DNA of 64,000 nt from Deltaproteobacteria bacterium (GTDB lineage Bacteria > Myxococcota > Kuafuiibacteriia > Kuafuiibacteriales > Kuafuiibacteriaceae). Each line of letters opens with the position of its first letter. Position 1 is the stretch's first letter. Position numbers and translations under genes: made by a program. The stretch covers positions 209,016 to 273,015 of the forward strand of contig JAVJQW010000049.1 in NCBI GenBank assembly GCA_040218735.1, given 5' to 3'. The notes under the pieces were generated by a model. That model was not told where the DNA came from. It made no database searches and was given only the letters and a program-made list of their open reading frames with translations. Below are positions 20,532 to 33,091 of the stretch, one piece after another.

Positions 20532-22838
20532 TTAACACCCGAGCCTCGTCGCCGCCAACCACGCGATCGCGTAGACGGCCGCACCCGCGAGGAGAACCCC
20601 GGTGAAGCCCACGCTGCTCGCGCCGATGATCGCGAGGACCGTCCCCGCGACCGACAGCAGGCCGTTGGTCGCAAACGCCCAGGGCACCAGCGCGGGTGCG
20701 TCTTCGAGGCGCGACAGGCCCGCGGGGAACGCGAGGCCCAACGCCGCGCCGGTAGGCAGCACCACCGCGAGCGCGAGCGCGACGCGCACCGGCTCCGCGC
20801 CCGGCGCCCCCGCGCCGAGGACGAACGGCAACGAGAGCGCGAGCGCGACCGCCGCCCCCACCGCGAACGCGGGCGCGTGCTCGGGGCGCGGAAGGCGCTT
20901 CGACAGCGCGCTCCCCGCGCCGGCGCCGACGAGCAAGCCGAAGAACACCGTCGCGAGGGTCAGCGCCGGAGCGCCGAGCAGGAGCCCGAGGCGCTGCACC
21001 AGCGCGATCTCCACGAGCATGAACCCCAGCCCGAGCGCCGCGAAGTAAGCGAACACCGCGACCGTGCGCCGCCGCGAGACGGTCAGGCGGCGGCGACCGA
21101 AGAACAACGGGAGCAGCAGCGCGAGCGCGCCGACGAGGGTCGTCTCGACGAGGAGGAGCACCGCGGCGATCTCCGCGAACGGTCGATCCTCCAGCGCCAT
21201 CCGCGCGCCGCTTCGAATCCCCAGCGTGCGCTCGAAGTCCGCCCACGACAGATCCGAGAAGCGCCGACGCTGGTGAAAGAACGGGCGGTCGTCGGTCGCC
21301 GGGTCCAGGCGCGAGCCGACCACGTCCTCGAACCGCGCGAGGTCTTGGCCGGCGAGGATCGCTTCGAACACCGGGTCCGTCGGCGCCTTCGCGTTCGTCA
21401 GGCCCGGCGGGGTGAACAACATCCTCAGCCCGGGCCGCGATGCGATTCGGGCGACGATCGTCGCGTGCGCCGCTTCGCTCGGGCGCTGCTTGAAGATCAG
21501 GAGCGCGCCGTAGAACGAGGGCCCCGCCGCACGCTCCGACCACGCGTAGACGTGCACGTCCTTGGGGAGGGAAGCGAGGAGGCGGTAGAGCTGCGCCTCG
21601 GGGCGCGTAAGGAACAGGGTCCCGTCGGCCGAGAGGCGGTTCACGAGCAGCGCGAGCGCCTCCTCGGTGAGCAGGAAGTCCTCGGCGAGGTGCATCGCAC
21701 CCGCCGAGGTCGCGGCGTTGCTGATCGTGTGGATCATGACGATCGCGTCGTAGGCCTCCTCGGCGCGCTCGAGGACGCTGCGTGCTTCGTCGACGATCCA
21801 GGTGACGCGCGGATCCTCCCGCAGGCGCGCTGGCGCGTGCGCCGCGACGAGCGCGTTGACCTCGACGGCGTCGACGTGACCCGCGCCGAACGCGAGCGCT
21901 TCTTCGACCTCCCACCCGGCGCCGGCGCCGACGATCATGACGCGCCCGCCGGGGTGGAGTGTGTAGGGGAGGGTGGCGTCGCTCTCGACGGGCGCTGCGC
22001 CCGTGGGGATCCGAACGGCGGCGACGCCCGCGTCGATCATCAGACGCTCCAGGCCGGGCCGGAAGGCGACGTGGTCGACGCGCGCCAGGCTGTTCCAGGC
22101 GGTCGACTTCGTGCGGGACGGGTCGGCGAGGAGCTTCGAGAAGGGCTCACCGCTGCGGGTGACCTTGGACTGGGTGATGTGCAGCGGGAGCACGGCGTCC
22201 GCGAACGGCGTCAACGCCGCGAGCGCGACGGCGCTGCACAGGCCGGCGACGCGCAGGCGCGGACCGCCGAGGCACGCGGCGCCGAGCGCGGCGATAGCGG
22301 CGCCCGTGACGATTGCGCCGACGCCCCCGACCGCGCTCAGCGCAAGCAGGGTTGCGAACGAACCCACGCCCGCGCCGAACAGGTCCGCGGCGTAGAGCCG
22401 GTGCGCGTCCGCGACGTAGCGCTCGAGCGTCACGGCGATCGCGAGGCCGCTGCCGAAGAACGGGACCCCGAGGAGCACGTACACGACGGCGAGCTTCACG
22501 AGCTCCGCGAAGGACGTCGCGAGCGCGAGCGGCTCCAGCGCGAGGCTCTGCGTGACCGCGAAGCAGACGGGGAGGCCGAGCGCGAGCAGGAGCGCGCCAC
22601 CCCCGCCGAGCGCGTCCGCGCTCTGCCGGGTGAGCCACCCCGAGGCGCTGGAGTACGCCCCCGCGACCGAGGTTCCGAGGAGCGCCGTCGACACCACCAG
22701 GAACGCGAAGTGGTGGTACAGCGAGACGGACAGCACCCGGGTCAGCGCGACCTCGGCGAGGAGGGTGCCGCCCGCGATGCAGGCGAGGCCGACGGCGCGA
22801 CGCCATCGCGGCGCGGCGGAGGCCGACGGTGCGCTCAC
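20532..22838 (-). CDS. Polytopic membrane protein with spermidine-synthase-like SAM-binding domain
   Basis: TM arrays with LYAADLFGAG; IVGAGAG..DAVEVN; ATDDRPFF; LGLGFMLVEI; C-terminal part of ORF 20532-24194. Confidence 0.78.
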   Translation of the reverse strand: MSAPSASAAPRWRRAVGLACIAGGTLLAEVALTRVLSVSLYHHFAFLVVSTALLGTSVAGAYSSASGWLTRQSADALGGGGALLLALGLPVCFAVTQSLALEPLALATSFAELVKLAVVYVLLGVPFFGSGLAIAVTLERYVADAHRLYAADLFGAGVGSFATLLALSAVGGVGAIVTGAAIAALGAACLGGPRLRVAGLCSAVALAALTPFADAVLPLHITQSKVTRSGEPFSKLLADPSRTKSTAWNSLARVDHVAFRPGLERLMIDAGVAAVRIPTGAAPVESDATLPYTLHPGGRVMIVGAGAGWEVEEALAFGAGHVDAVEVNALVAAHAPARLREDPRVTWIVDEARSVLERAEEAYDAIVMIHTISNAATSAGAMHLAEDFLLTEEALALLVNRLSADGTLFLTRPEAQLYRLLASLPKDVHVYAWSERAAGPSFYGALLIFKQRPSEAAHATIVARIASRPGLRMLFTPPGLTNAKAPTDPVFEAILAGQDLARFEDVVGSRLDPATDDRPFFHQRRRFSDLSWADFERTLGIRSGARMALEDRPFAEIAAVLLLVETTLVGALALLLPLFFGRRRLTVSRRRTVAVFAYFAALGLGFMLVEIALVQRLGLLLGAPALTLATVFFGLLVGAGAGSALSKRLPRPEHAPAFAVGAAVALALSLPFVLGAGAPGAEPVRVALALAVVLPTGAALGLAFPAGLSRLEDAPALVPWAFATNGLLSVAGTVLAIIGASSVGFTGVLLAGAAVYAIAWLAATRLGC

Positions 22839-23006
22839 CGGCGAAGGCTCGCACGTGCGGCGCGTGATGTCGCGCCGACGGCCGATCGTGGGCGGTCGGG
22901 GCGGTCCCTGCACACCGCGAAGGGCAGGGTCGGGGCTCAGTGCACACTCGAGCGCTCCGGATCGACCGGCGCTCGTTGGAACGGCGCGTGCTCTAGACGA
23001 GCGTTC

Positions 23007-24380
23007 ATGGCGGAAGTCACCAGCCAACAGGCCATCACCACCACTCACATCTGGTTCTCGTCGGAACGACGCGAGTCGGACGACGGCACGACCTACACCG
23101 TGCAGGTCAAACACCAGGAGACGAAGACCGAGATCAAGATCGTCGTTCGCCGCGTGCCGGATCCGCCGAGCGAAGAGCAGGTCCAGGCTGCGGCGGATCG
23201 GCTCGCGGAGCAGGGCGTCGAGCCGGAGGCGATCGAACGGGTCCTCACGGAGATGATCGAGTCGGGCGCGCTCACCGGATCGAACGGTGACGCCGTCGCC
23301 GGGGACTGGATCGGGTTCACGGGGGGCGCCGTCGAGCCGAACGCCTCGAACCTGATCGCGGAGTCGGCCGCCAGCGCGCCGCCGCCGCCCGCGGGCGACC
23401 TCGACGGAACGACCGACGTCACCCAGGCCGCCGAAGCCCACTTCGACGACTGGGACGCCAACGCCGACGGCGTGCTCAGCGAGGACGAGCTCCTCGACGC
23501 GATCGCCGACCCCGCGTACACCGGCGAGGACGCGGCCGCGCTCGTCGCGCTCTACCGGCGCTACGACGAGGTCAAGAGCGCGAGCAACGACCAGGTCTTC
23601 GGCGAGACGGGCATCTCGGTGAACGACCTGTTGGTGGTCGAAGCGGCCGCCGCCAACGGCGACGACTTCGCGCGGCTCGGCGTCTACTTCGACGCCGCGA
23701 AGGATCGCGCCGACAACGCGTCGGCGGTGCTCTTCGGTGCGGGCGGGCCCGACCCGTACGCGGTTCAGCAGGGCGGGTTCGCGGACTGCACGTTCCACGC
23801 AGCGTTGGCTGCGCTCGCGCTCCAACGCCCCGACGACATCACCAACATGATCCAGGCAAACGCCGACGGCTCCTTCACGGTCACCTTCCCCGGTGAGGAT
23901 CCCGTGAACGTTCCGCCGCTGACCGACGGGCAGCTCGGCATCGGCGGGACGGCCGGCGCCAACGGGCAGTGGGTCACGGTGCTCGAGATCGCGTACCGCG
24001 AGGTCACCGGGAACCGTGAGGGAGCGCTGACGGGCGCGGGGATCCGGACGCTCACGGGCAACGGCACCATCCCGTGGCTCCCGGGGCTGGATTCGCCCGA
24101 CAGCATCCTCGCGAGCGTCGAAGCGTCGCTCGACGCGGACGGGATCGTCACGGTCAGCAACAACTTCGGCTCGGAGAACCTGCCGGAGTGGCACATCTAC
24201 AGCGTCCTCGACTACGACACCGCGAACGGCACCATCACCATCCGCAACCCGTGGGGTCGCGGTGAGCTCGAAGACGCCAGCGGCGCCCCGCTCGACGGGA
24301 CGGACGACGGCGTCTTCACGGTGACGGAGGAGGAGTTCCTGGAGCTGTTCGAGAGTGTGTCCGTCGAGAACGTCGACTGA
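23007..24380 (+). CDS. Calpain-like (C2 family) cysteine protease with EF-hand-like loop
   Basis: QGGFADC (Cys), WHIYSV (His), IRNPWG (Asn); DWDANADGVLSEDEL loop; C-terminal part of ORF 20457-24380. Confidence 0.83.
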   Translation: MAEVTSQQAITTTHIWFSSERRESDDGTTYTVQVKHQETKTEIKIVVRRVPDPPSEEQVQAAADRLAEQGVEPEAIERVLTEMIESGALTGSNGDAVAGDWIGFTGGAVEPNASNLIAESAASAPPPPAGDLDGTTDVTQAAEAHFDDWDANADGVLSEDELLDAIADPAYTGEDAAALVALYRRYDEVKSASNDQVFGETGISVNDLLVVEAAAANGDDFARLGVYFDAAKDRADNASAVLFGAGGPDPYAVQQGGFADCTFHAALAALALQRPDDITNMIQANADGSFTVTFPGEDPVNVPPLTDGQLGIGGTAGANGQWVTVLEIAYREVTGNREGALTGAGIRTLTGNGTIPWLPGLDSPDSILASVEASLDADGIVTVSNNFGSENLPEWHIYSVLDYDTANGTITIRNPWGRGELEDASGAPLDGTDDGVFTVTEEEFLELFESVSVENVD

Positions 24381-24389
24381 GGCGGAGGA

Positions 24390-24417
24390 GCTTGGCGCCG
24401 GGAGAGCGGCGCCAAGC
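24390..24417. terminator. Hairpin between convergent genes
   Basis: GCTTGGCGCCG-GGAGAG-CGGCGCCAAGC, 11-bp perfect stem; no U-tract. Confidence 0.55.
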
Positions 24418-24421
24418 CGGG

Positions 24422-26353
<1,932 letters not shown>

Positions 26354-26455
26354 GCTCGAGGTCTGCTCCCTAGAGGAAAATTTCGGTGCGAGGGTCCCCC
26401 GCGACAGGGGCGTGGGATAACCGCACGCGCGACGCTAGTCACGCGCAATTTGCCG

Positions 26456-29400
26456 TCAACTCACGTTCCGGCGGCGCCGACGGAGGCCGATCAGCAGGGC
26501 CAGCCCGAAGGCGGCGAGCGCCGACCGGGGGGTCTCGGAGGGCCCGGGGCGTTTCGCCACGGAACACCCACACCCGCCGTCCTCCTCGGCCTGCGTGACC
26601 GGCGTCCGGGGCGGCGGGACGATCGTGAACGACGACCCCACCACCGGCGCCCCGACGGTCGAGACGTCCCCGGTCGCCATACCCGTCGCGCGCAGGTCGT
26701 CGTTGCTCTCCAGGGCGAGCCGTAGCGTCCCGCCGGTGGCCGCGTCGGCGGCGATCTCCACCTCCGCGACCAGCGTGACGCTCGTGTCGGAGGGGATGTT
26801 CACGGCCAGGGACGGCAGCACGACGCGGCCGTCGTCGCCGTCGACGGGGGCGTTGGCGAGGATCATGTCCGTCTCGGAGGCCTCGCCGTCTTCGTCGCCG
26901 TCTACGTAGAGGCGGACCATGGCGATGGCAGAGGCGTCGTCGGCCGTACCGGAGGTGGTCAGGACCAGCTGATCCAAGGTCACGGTCTCGCCGCGCGTGA
27001 AGATCTCGAGCTGAAGCGCGGTGACGCGCTCCTCGGCGCGAACCCCACGTCCGGCGGGGGACAACACGCCGATTCGGACGTTCAGGGCCCCGACGAGGGA
27101 CACCCGGGCCCCCTCCACCGGCGCGCCGGTGGCGGCGATGGCGCCCGACAGCGCACCGAATGCGGACACGTCGGCGTCGCTCTCGAGGCTGAAGGTGACC
27201 TCCTCGCCGGCCTGACCGATCCCGGACAGATCGATCGCCACCAAGAAGTGCGCCGTGGTGTTCCGGGTGACGCGCTCCGCGATCGGGCCAAACGTCGCCT
27301 TGCCGTCGTCGCCCGCTACGCGCGCGACCGGCGCGACCTCCACGTCGCCGGGATCGATCCGCCCGTCGGCGTTGGCGTCGAGGAAGAGGTGGACGTCGTC
27401 GATGCCCGTGGTGTCGTCGAGCGATCCCGAGGCCGAGACCGACAGGCGCGACAGCGTCACGTCCTCGTTGAACGCCGACGCCGCGAGCTGCAGCACCGGG
27501 ACGAGCTCCGCGTTGGCCGCGACGATCTGATCCATCGGCGCCGCCGGGCCCGCCGCGATCTGGAGCGAGCCGCCGACCGTGAGCGTAGGTCCGAGGATCG
27601 GCGCGCCGACCGGGGAGGTCAGCCCCACGCTGTCACCCTCCGCGAGGACGTCGACGTTCGCGGCGATCGACACCGCGATCGACTCGTCGACGGTCGCGAC
27701 CCCGTCGAGGTCCAGCACCACCAGGAGGCGACGCGGCGAGGCGGGATCCACGACCTCGTCGAGGCCCGCGATGACGGTGCGCCGGCTGTTCTCCGGGAAC
27801 GTGACGCGCTCGGCGATGCGGCGGTCGGTGCCGGAGACGAGGCCGTCGTCGTCGTCGTCCGAGATCAGCGTGACCGCACCGACCGAGGCGGAGGGTGACA
27901 TCGAGCCTTGCGTGGTGAGCGTGAGGCTGCGCAGGCGGAACGTCTCCCAGGTCGCCGAGACCGCGAGGTCGAGCGCGACCAAGCCGGCGTCGTCGTTCTG
28001 CACGGTCTGGTTCATCGGCGTGGAGGCCGCGCCGATGTTGAGGTGCCCCGCGACGGTCATCGTGTTGCTCACGACCGGTGCGCCGGTGACGAGCGGGTTG
28101 CCGAACGCGGAGGTCGCCGCGACATCGCTGTCGTTCGCGATGCCGACCGTGAACGTGGTGCCGGGCGTCGCGCCCGCCGCGATGTTCACCGTCGCGATCA
28201 AGAACTGCGCCTCCGTGGTGGGGACGGGGAGGGCGAGCCCGGCGAACGGAACCAGCCCGTTCGCGTCCGGAGCGGTGCCGGACGCGAGCAGCACGTCGGT
28301 GCGGTCGAGGACGCCGTCCTGGTTCACGTCGCGGAACAGATCGATCTGCGCGACGACGTCCGACGCTGCACCCGCCGAGACGCCGGTGGTCAGCGTAAGG
28401 CCCTGCAGCGTGAGCGGCTGCACCGTGGCGCCGACGCGGATCTGCAGCACCGCCGCGCGCACCGTGCCCTCCGCGACGAAGAGCCCCGGCGGGGACTGCG
28501 CGCCGCGCGAGACGACCATCGCGCCGTCCTCCTGAATGGAGAAGGAGGCGGAGTCGATCGGCGCGCCGGTCGGCGTGACGGGGCCGGAGACCGCGCAGGC
28601 GACGTCGAGGTCGAGGTTGTCCTCCAGGCGGACCGAGAAGGTCTCGAGGTTGGAGGCCGATCCGGAGAGGTCGTAGACGACGAGCCACCGCTGCGAGGCG
28701 TTGGTGCCGAGCATCCGGGCGAGGTTCGTGAAGGTCACGACGCCGTCGTCGTTCGGGAACGTCGCGGCCGCGGAGATGTCGACGTCGTTGAAGTCGACGA
28801 GGCCGTTTTCGTTGAGGTCGTGGACGAGGCGCACGCCGGCGACGTCGGCGCTGTCGTCGATGCTCCCGACGCCGCGAAGGACGAGGCCATTCACGGTGCA
28901 AGCCTCGTTGACGGCGCGCAAGTTGAGTTGCAGCACCGCCGCATTCTGCTGTGACTGGTTCACGGCGCCGCCGAGGCTGCTCTGGGCGCCGAGCGCGACC
29001 TCGAACCCGCCGCCCGCGGTGAGCAGCGCGCCGGTGAGGGGCACGCCGGTGACGCTGACCGCGCCGCTCGCGCTCGTGATCGCGACGTCCTGCGCGGGGT
29101 CGACCGAGAGCGTGAACGTCTCGCCGCCGACGGGCGACGCGGTCATCGCGACGCGCGCGAGCAGATGCACCGCGGGGCCGACCTGGATGGCCTGCGTGAG
29201 GGCGAAGGTCACGGTGCCGTCGTTTGCGTTGAACGTGCCGGAGCCGAGCTGCGGCTCCCCCGCGCCGACCAGGCCGTTGCCGTCGCCGTCGAGGTAGAGG
29301 TCGACAGCGGCGATCCCGGTTGCGTCGTTGCCGGTGCCGCTCGCGTTCAGCGTGAGCGAAGTGATCGTGACCGGCTCGGTGTCCGCGACGAGGCGGAGCT

Positions 29401-32400
29401 GCATGGCGCCGATGCCGACCTCGTTCGGCCGCACTACGCGCGCGATCGGGGAGGCGACGCCCAGACCGACCTCCAGCGTGCCGCCCACCGTGAGGGGGTT
29501 GGCGGAGATCGGGAGGCCCGCGGCGTCGGTGATGTTCCGCCCCGCAAAGCCGGTCGCGGTGACGTAGGAGGCGTCCGGCATGTTGATGCGCAGCGTCGTC
29601 CCGCCCTCCGCGCTGCCCGCGAAGTCGACGACGAACAAGACGTTGCGCGTCGTGCCGGCGGGGAGGCTCAACGACAGGCCCGAGAACGTGACGACGCCGT
29701 CGTCCCCCGAGAAGGTGGACGGCGTGGACAGCGCGGTGTCGCCGGTGGTGAGCGCGCCGTCGCCGTCGTTGTCGAGGTACAGCGTCACGCCGGTGATGTC
29801 GGACTGGTCGTCGACGCTCCCCGCGGCGACGAACGACAGGCCCGTGACCGTGAACGCCTCGCCGACGCCGGTCAGCGCGACCTGCAGCACCGGCACGCCG
29901 CCCGCGGTGCGCGGGACCGTGGTCGAGGCCATCGATTGCGCGCCGCGCGCGACCATGAGCTGACCGAGCACGGTCTTCGTGCCGCCCGCCACCGGTGCGC
30001 CGCTCGTCCGCGGCACCATCCCGCTCGGGGCCATCGCGGTGAACGCGGTGTCGTTGACGATCGACAGCCCGAACGTGTTGCCCGCGACGGCGGTCCCCGC
30101 GAAGTCATAGGCGACGATCCACGACTCGTTCGCGCCGGCCGGGAGTGTCCGGCCCGGGAAGGTGAACGTGACGGTGCCGTCGTTCTGCGTGAACGACTGC
30201 GGCGTGCCGAGCGCGACGTCGCCCACCGTCTCGAGGACGCCGTTGTTGTTGGTGTCGATCCACAGCGTCGCGTTCGCGACGTCCGTGAGCTCGTTGCCGT
30301 TTCCGTTCGCGGTGAACGTCACGGAGGTGACGGTGACCGGCTCCAACACCGCGGTGAGGCGCGCCTGCATCATCACCACGTTGGCCGCGCTCGGCGTGAC
30401 GGAGCCGCCGGCGGGGTTCGCGGGCCCCGCGGTGATCGTGAGCGCGCCGCCGATCGCGTGGTCGCTGCCCGCGACGGGGAGGCCGCTCGCGGTGGTCGCG
30501 CCGGAGAGGGACCCGGTCGCCGTGAAGTCGGCGGCCGAAGCGATCGACGCGCGGAACGTCTGGCCGGGCGTGGACAGCAGCGACAGGTCGTAGACGAACA
30601 ACCAGCGCTCGTTGGCGCCCGCGCTCACCGTGACCGCGGGGGTGAAGTTGAAGATCGCGACGCCGTCGTCCGCGGCGAAGCTGCTGGTGCCGAGGAGGGT
30701 GTCGGTGCCGTCGACCACGCCGAACGGCGCGGTGTCACGGAGCAAGCGAACTTGCGCGACGCCCGCGTCGTCGAGCATCGATCCGGCGGCCGACAGACGG
30801 AGGCTCGACACGGTGAAGGTCTCGCCCTGCGCCGCGACCGCGACCTGGAGCACCGAGACGTCCGTGGAGCCGGGCTGGCGGTTCGTCGCGGGCGGGTTCT
30901 CCGGGCCGGTCGTGATCGAGAGACCGCCGAGGGTGGTGAGGGTGTTGCCCTGGATCGGGAACATGCCCATCGCCGTGATGGGCGCGCCCGAGGCGCCGCC
31001 CTGTGCGCCGACGTCGCCGCTCGCGTTCAGGCGGATCGCGAACGTCTCGCCGCCGGTCGGCGCGGCGGAGAAGTCGTAGGTCACGAGGTACGTGCGCGTC
31101 GCGGCGGCGGGGACGGACTCGCCGCCGGTGCTGAACGTGACGATGCCGTCGTTGGTCGCGAAGGTCTGCGGGAGGCCGACCGCGACGTCGCCGCCGTCCA
31201 CCGTGCCGTTGGCGTTCACGTCGCGGTACAGGCGCACGCGTGCGACGTGCGTGGTTTCGTTGCCGCTGCCGCTCGCCGTGAAGGTGAGGGTGTCGAGGTC
31301 CACCGCCTCGGCCTGCGCCGAGAACTGCACCTGGAGCATCGGGACGTTCGTGGCGTTGGGCTGCGCGGTCCCCGCGGGGTTGCTCGCCGCGCCGAGCGCC
31401 GCGGTGAGCGCGCCGCCGACGGTGCCGTCGTTGCCGATGACCGGGGCGCCGGTGAGCGCGCGCTGGCCGGTGGGGGGGACGGCGCCGGACGCGATGCCGG
31501 TCGCGACGATGTCGCCGGGGCTCGCGAAGATGGTGCGGAAGGTCGCGCCGCCGTTCGCGGTGCCGGCGAGATCGTAGACCACGATGAAGTCGCGCCACGT
31601 GCTCGCGGGGATGTTCTGCGCCGCGAAGGTGAACGTGATGCGGCCGTCGTTCTGCGTGAAGGTCTGCGCGCCGCCGAGCTGCGTGTCGGTGGCCTGGTAG
31701 ACGCCGTCGCCGTTGTTGTCGCGGTACAGGCGCGCGGCGTTGATCTGCGTGACGTCGTTCAGCGTGCCGCCCGCCGTGAACGACAGGCTCGTGAGGTCGA
31801 AGGTCTCGTTCACCGCGGTGACGCGGAGCTGGAGCGTCGCGAGGTTCGAAGCACCCGCGGGGATCACGGACGGCGCCATGCTGTTCGGGCCGAGGCCCAC
31901 GGCGAGGCGCCCGGCGATCGTGACGGTGTCGCCGAGGAACCCACCGGTGCCGTTCGTCGTGCCGGACACGTACGGGGCGCCGACGTTCGAGCCGACGTCC
32001 GAGGCCTGCTGGATGCGCGCGGTGAACGTCTCGCCGCCGACCGGGGACGTGTTGAAGTCGTAGACGACGAGCCACTCCTCGGTGGTGCCGACGGTGAGCG
32101 TTCGGTTCGGCGAGAGGATCACCGCGCCGTCGTTGCCGTTGTAGGTGCCGGTCGCGATCACCGGCTCACCGGCGTCGGCGACGCCGTCCTGGTCCTGGTC
32201 GACGACGAGCCGCACCGTCTGCACGTCGAGGAAGTCGTCGCCGGTGCCGCTCGCGCGCACGGTGAGCGGGCCGACGGTGGTGTTCGTGGTGCCGCCGCGG
32301 ATGCGGAACGCGAGCATCGTAACGTTGGACGCGCCCGCGACCTGGAAGGTGTCGCCCGGGTTGCTGTCCGCGAGCTTGAGGAAGAACACCGGCTGCACGT

Positions 32401-33091
32401 TCACGCGCATGCCGACGTTGCCGATCGTCCAGATCGAGCTTCGCGTCGCGAAGTTGTCGTTGGTGAAGATGCTCGTCCCGACGGGGCTCAGCGCGGACTC
32501 GTCGACCGCGAAGTTCATGAACGCGTCCCAGTAGATGTACTTGATCGCGTAGAAGACCCGGCCCGGTGCGTCGAAGATCGTGCCGGCGGGGAGCGTCCAC
32601 TGGTCCGGGAACAGCGTCCACGGCGGCGACGTGTACGTGGAGCCGGACCCGCTGAAGTTCACGTCGGGGAGCACGGAGTAGCGCTGGTTCTGGACCGGCA
32701 CCGTGTACGTGATGGCACCCTGTGCGAAGACGGGGTTGGCGAGGTCGGGGGTGAGGCCGCCGGCGTCGACGGTGAGGTTCGCGGGGGCGATGACGCGCGC
32801 GTCCCAGTCGGGGGACGCGGTGCAAGTCGTGTTGCAAGGCTGCGTCTGACAGCAGAACTCGTCGACGTAGTACATCGTTGCGCTCGTCACCGCGAACGGG
32901 AACTCGTACGGCGGCGTGTACGCGACGCCGATCCAGTCGCCGTCTCCGGCGTTGGGCGCGGTGAGGGACCACATGCTGTCGAAGGTGCCGTCGTCGGCCT
33001 GGAGCGTGACGTTCTGGGCGACGGCGTTCGTAGCGGAGCCGAAGGTGAGGAGCGCGAGGAGGGGGATGTGAATTCGGTCCATGACAATCAC
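26456..33091 (-). CDS. Giant surface protein (2211 aa) with about 12 beta-rich repeats and MYXO-CTERM-like anchor
   Basis: Signal peptide; about 160-aa repeats with L-x-x-D-x-D/N-x-D/N-G loops; C-terminus GGCGCSV..TM helix..RRRRR. Confidence 0.85.
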   Translation of the reverse strand: MIVMDRIHIPLLALLTFGSATNAVAQNVTLQADDGTFDSMWSLTAPNAGDGDWIGVAYTPPYEFPFAVTSATMYYVDEFCCQTQPCNTTCTASPDWDARVIAPANLTVDAGGLTPDLANPVFAQGAITYTVPVQNQRYSVLPDVNFSGSGSTYTSPPWTLFPDQWTLPAGTIFDAPGRVFYAIKYIYWDAFMNFAVDESALSPVGTSIFTNDNFATRSSIWTIGNVGMRVNVQPVFFLKLADSNPGDTFQVAGASNVTMLAFRIRGGTTNTTVGPLTVRASGTGDDFLDVQTVRLVVDQDQDGVADAGEPVIATGTYNGNDGAVILSPNRTLTVGTTEEWLVVYDFNTSPVGGETFTARIQQASDVGSNVGAPYVSGTTNGTGGFLGDTVTIAGRLAVGLGPNSMAPSVIPAGASNLATLQLRVTAVNETFDLTSLSFTAGGTLNDVTQINAARLYRDNNGDGVYQATDTQLGGAQTFTQNDGRITFTFAAQNIPASTWRDFIVVYDLAGTANGGATFRTIFASPGDIVATGIASGAVPPTGQRALTGAPVIGNDGTVGGALTAALGAASNPAGTAQPNATNVPMLQVQFSAQAEAVDLDTLTFTASGSGNETTHVARVRLYRDVNANGTVDGGDVAVGLPQTFATNDGIVTFSTGGESVPAAATRTYLVTYDFSAAPTGGETFAIRLNASGDVGAQGGASGAPITAMGMFPIQGNTLTTLGGLSITTGPENPPATNRQPGSTDVSVLQVAVAAQGETFTVSSLRLSAAGSMLDDAGVAQVRLLRDTAPFGVVDGTDTLLGTSSFAADDGVAIFNFTPAVTVSAGANERWLFVYDLSLLSTPGQTFRASIASAADFTATGSLSGATTASGLPVAGSDHAIGGALTITAGPANPAGGSVTPSAANVVMMQARLTAVLEPVTVTSVTFTANGNGNELTDVANATLWIDTNNNGVLETVGDVALGTPQSFTQNDGTVTFTFPGRTLPAGANESWIVAYDFAGTAVAGNTFGLSIVNDTAFTAMAPSGMVPRTSGAPVAGGTKTVLGQLMVARGAQSMASTTVPRTAGGVPVLQVALTGVGEAFTVTGLSFVAAGSVDDQSDITGVTLYLDNDGDGALTTGDTALSTPSTFSGDDGVVTFSGLSLSLPAGTTRNVLFVVDFAGSAEGGTTLRINMPDASYVTATGFAGRNITDAAGLPISANPLTVGGTLEVGLGVASPIARVVRPNEVGIGAMQLRLVADTEPVTITSLTLNASGTGNDATGIAAVDLYLDGDGNGLVGAGEPQLGSGTFNANDGTVTFALTQAIQVGPAVHLLARVAMTASPVGGETFTLSVDPAQDVAITSASGAVSVTGVPLTGALLTAGGGFEVALGAQSSLGGAVNQSQQNAAVLQLNLRAVNEACTVNGLVLRGVGSIDDSADVAGVRLVHDLNENGLVDFNDVDISAAATFPNDDGVVTFTNLARMLGTNASQRWLVVYDLSGSASNLETFSVRLEDNLDLDVACAVSGPVTPTGAPIDSASFSIQEDGAMVVSRGAQSPPGLFVAEGTVRAAVLQIRVGATVQPLTLQGLTLTTGVSAGAASDVVAQIDLFRDVNQDGVLDRTDVLLASGTAPDANGLVPFAGLALPVPTTEAQFLIATVNIAAGATPGTTFTVGIANDSDVAATSAFGNPLVTGAPVVSNTMTVAGHLNIGAASTPMNQTVQNDDAGLVALDLAVSATWETFRLRSLTLTTQGSMSPSASVGAVTLISDDDDDGLVSGTDRRIAERVTFPENSRRTVIAGLDEVVDPASPRRLLVVLDLDGVATVDESIAVSIAANVDVLAEGDSVGLTSPVGAPILGPTLTVGGSLQIAAGPAAPMDQIVAANAELVPVLQLAASAFNEDVTLSRLSVSASGSLDDTTGIDDVHLFLDANADGRIDPGDVEVAPVARVAGDDGKATFGPIAERVTRNTTAHFLVAIDLSGIGQAGEEVTFSLESDADVSAFGALSGAIAATGAPVEGARVSLVGALNVRIGVLSPAGRGVRAEERVTALQLEIFTRGETVTLDQLVLTTSGTADDASAIAMVRLYVDGDEDGEASETDMILANAPVDGDDGRVVLPSLAVNIPSDTSVTLVAEVEIAADAATGGTLRLALESNDDLRATGMATGDVSTVGAPVVGSSFTIVPPPRTPVTQAEEDGGCGCSVAKRPGPSETPRSALAAFGLALLIGLRRRRRNVS

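Noticed and set aside
26354-26460. CIRCE heat-shock operator upstream of dnaK
   Set aside because: No TTAGCACTC-N9-GAGTGCTAA present; a solitary dnaK without grpE/dnaJ is unremarkable in myxobacteria.
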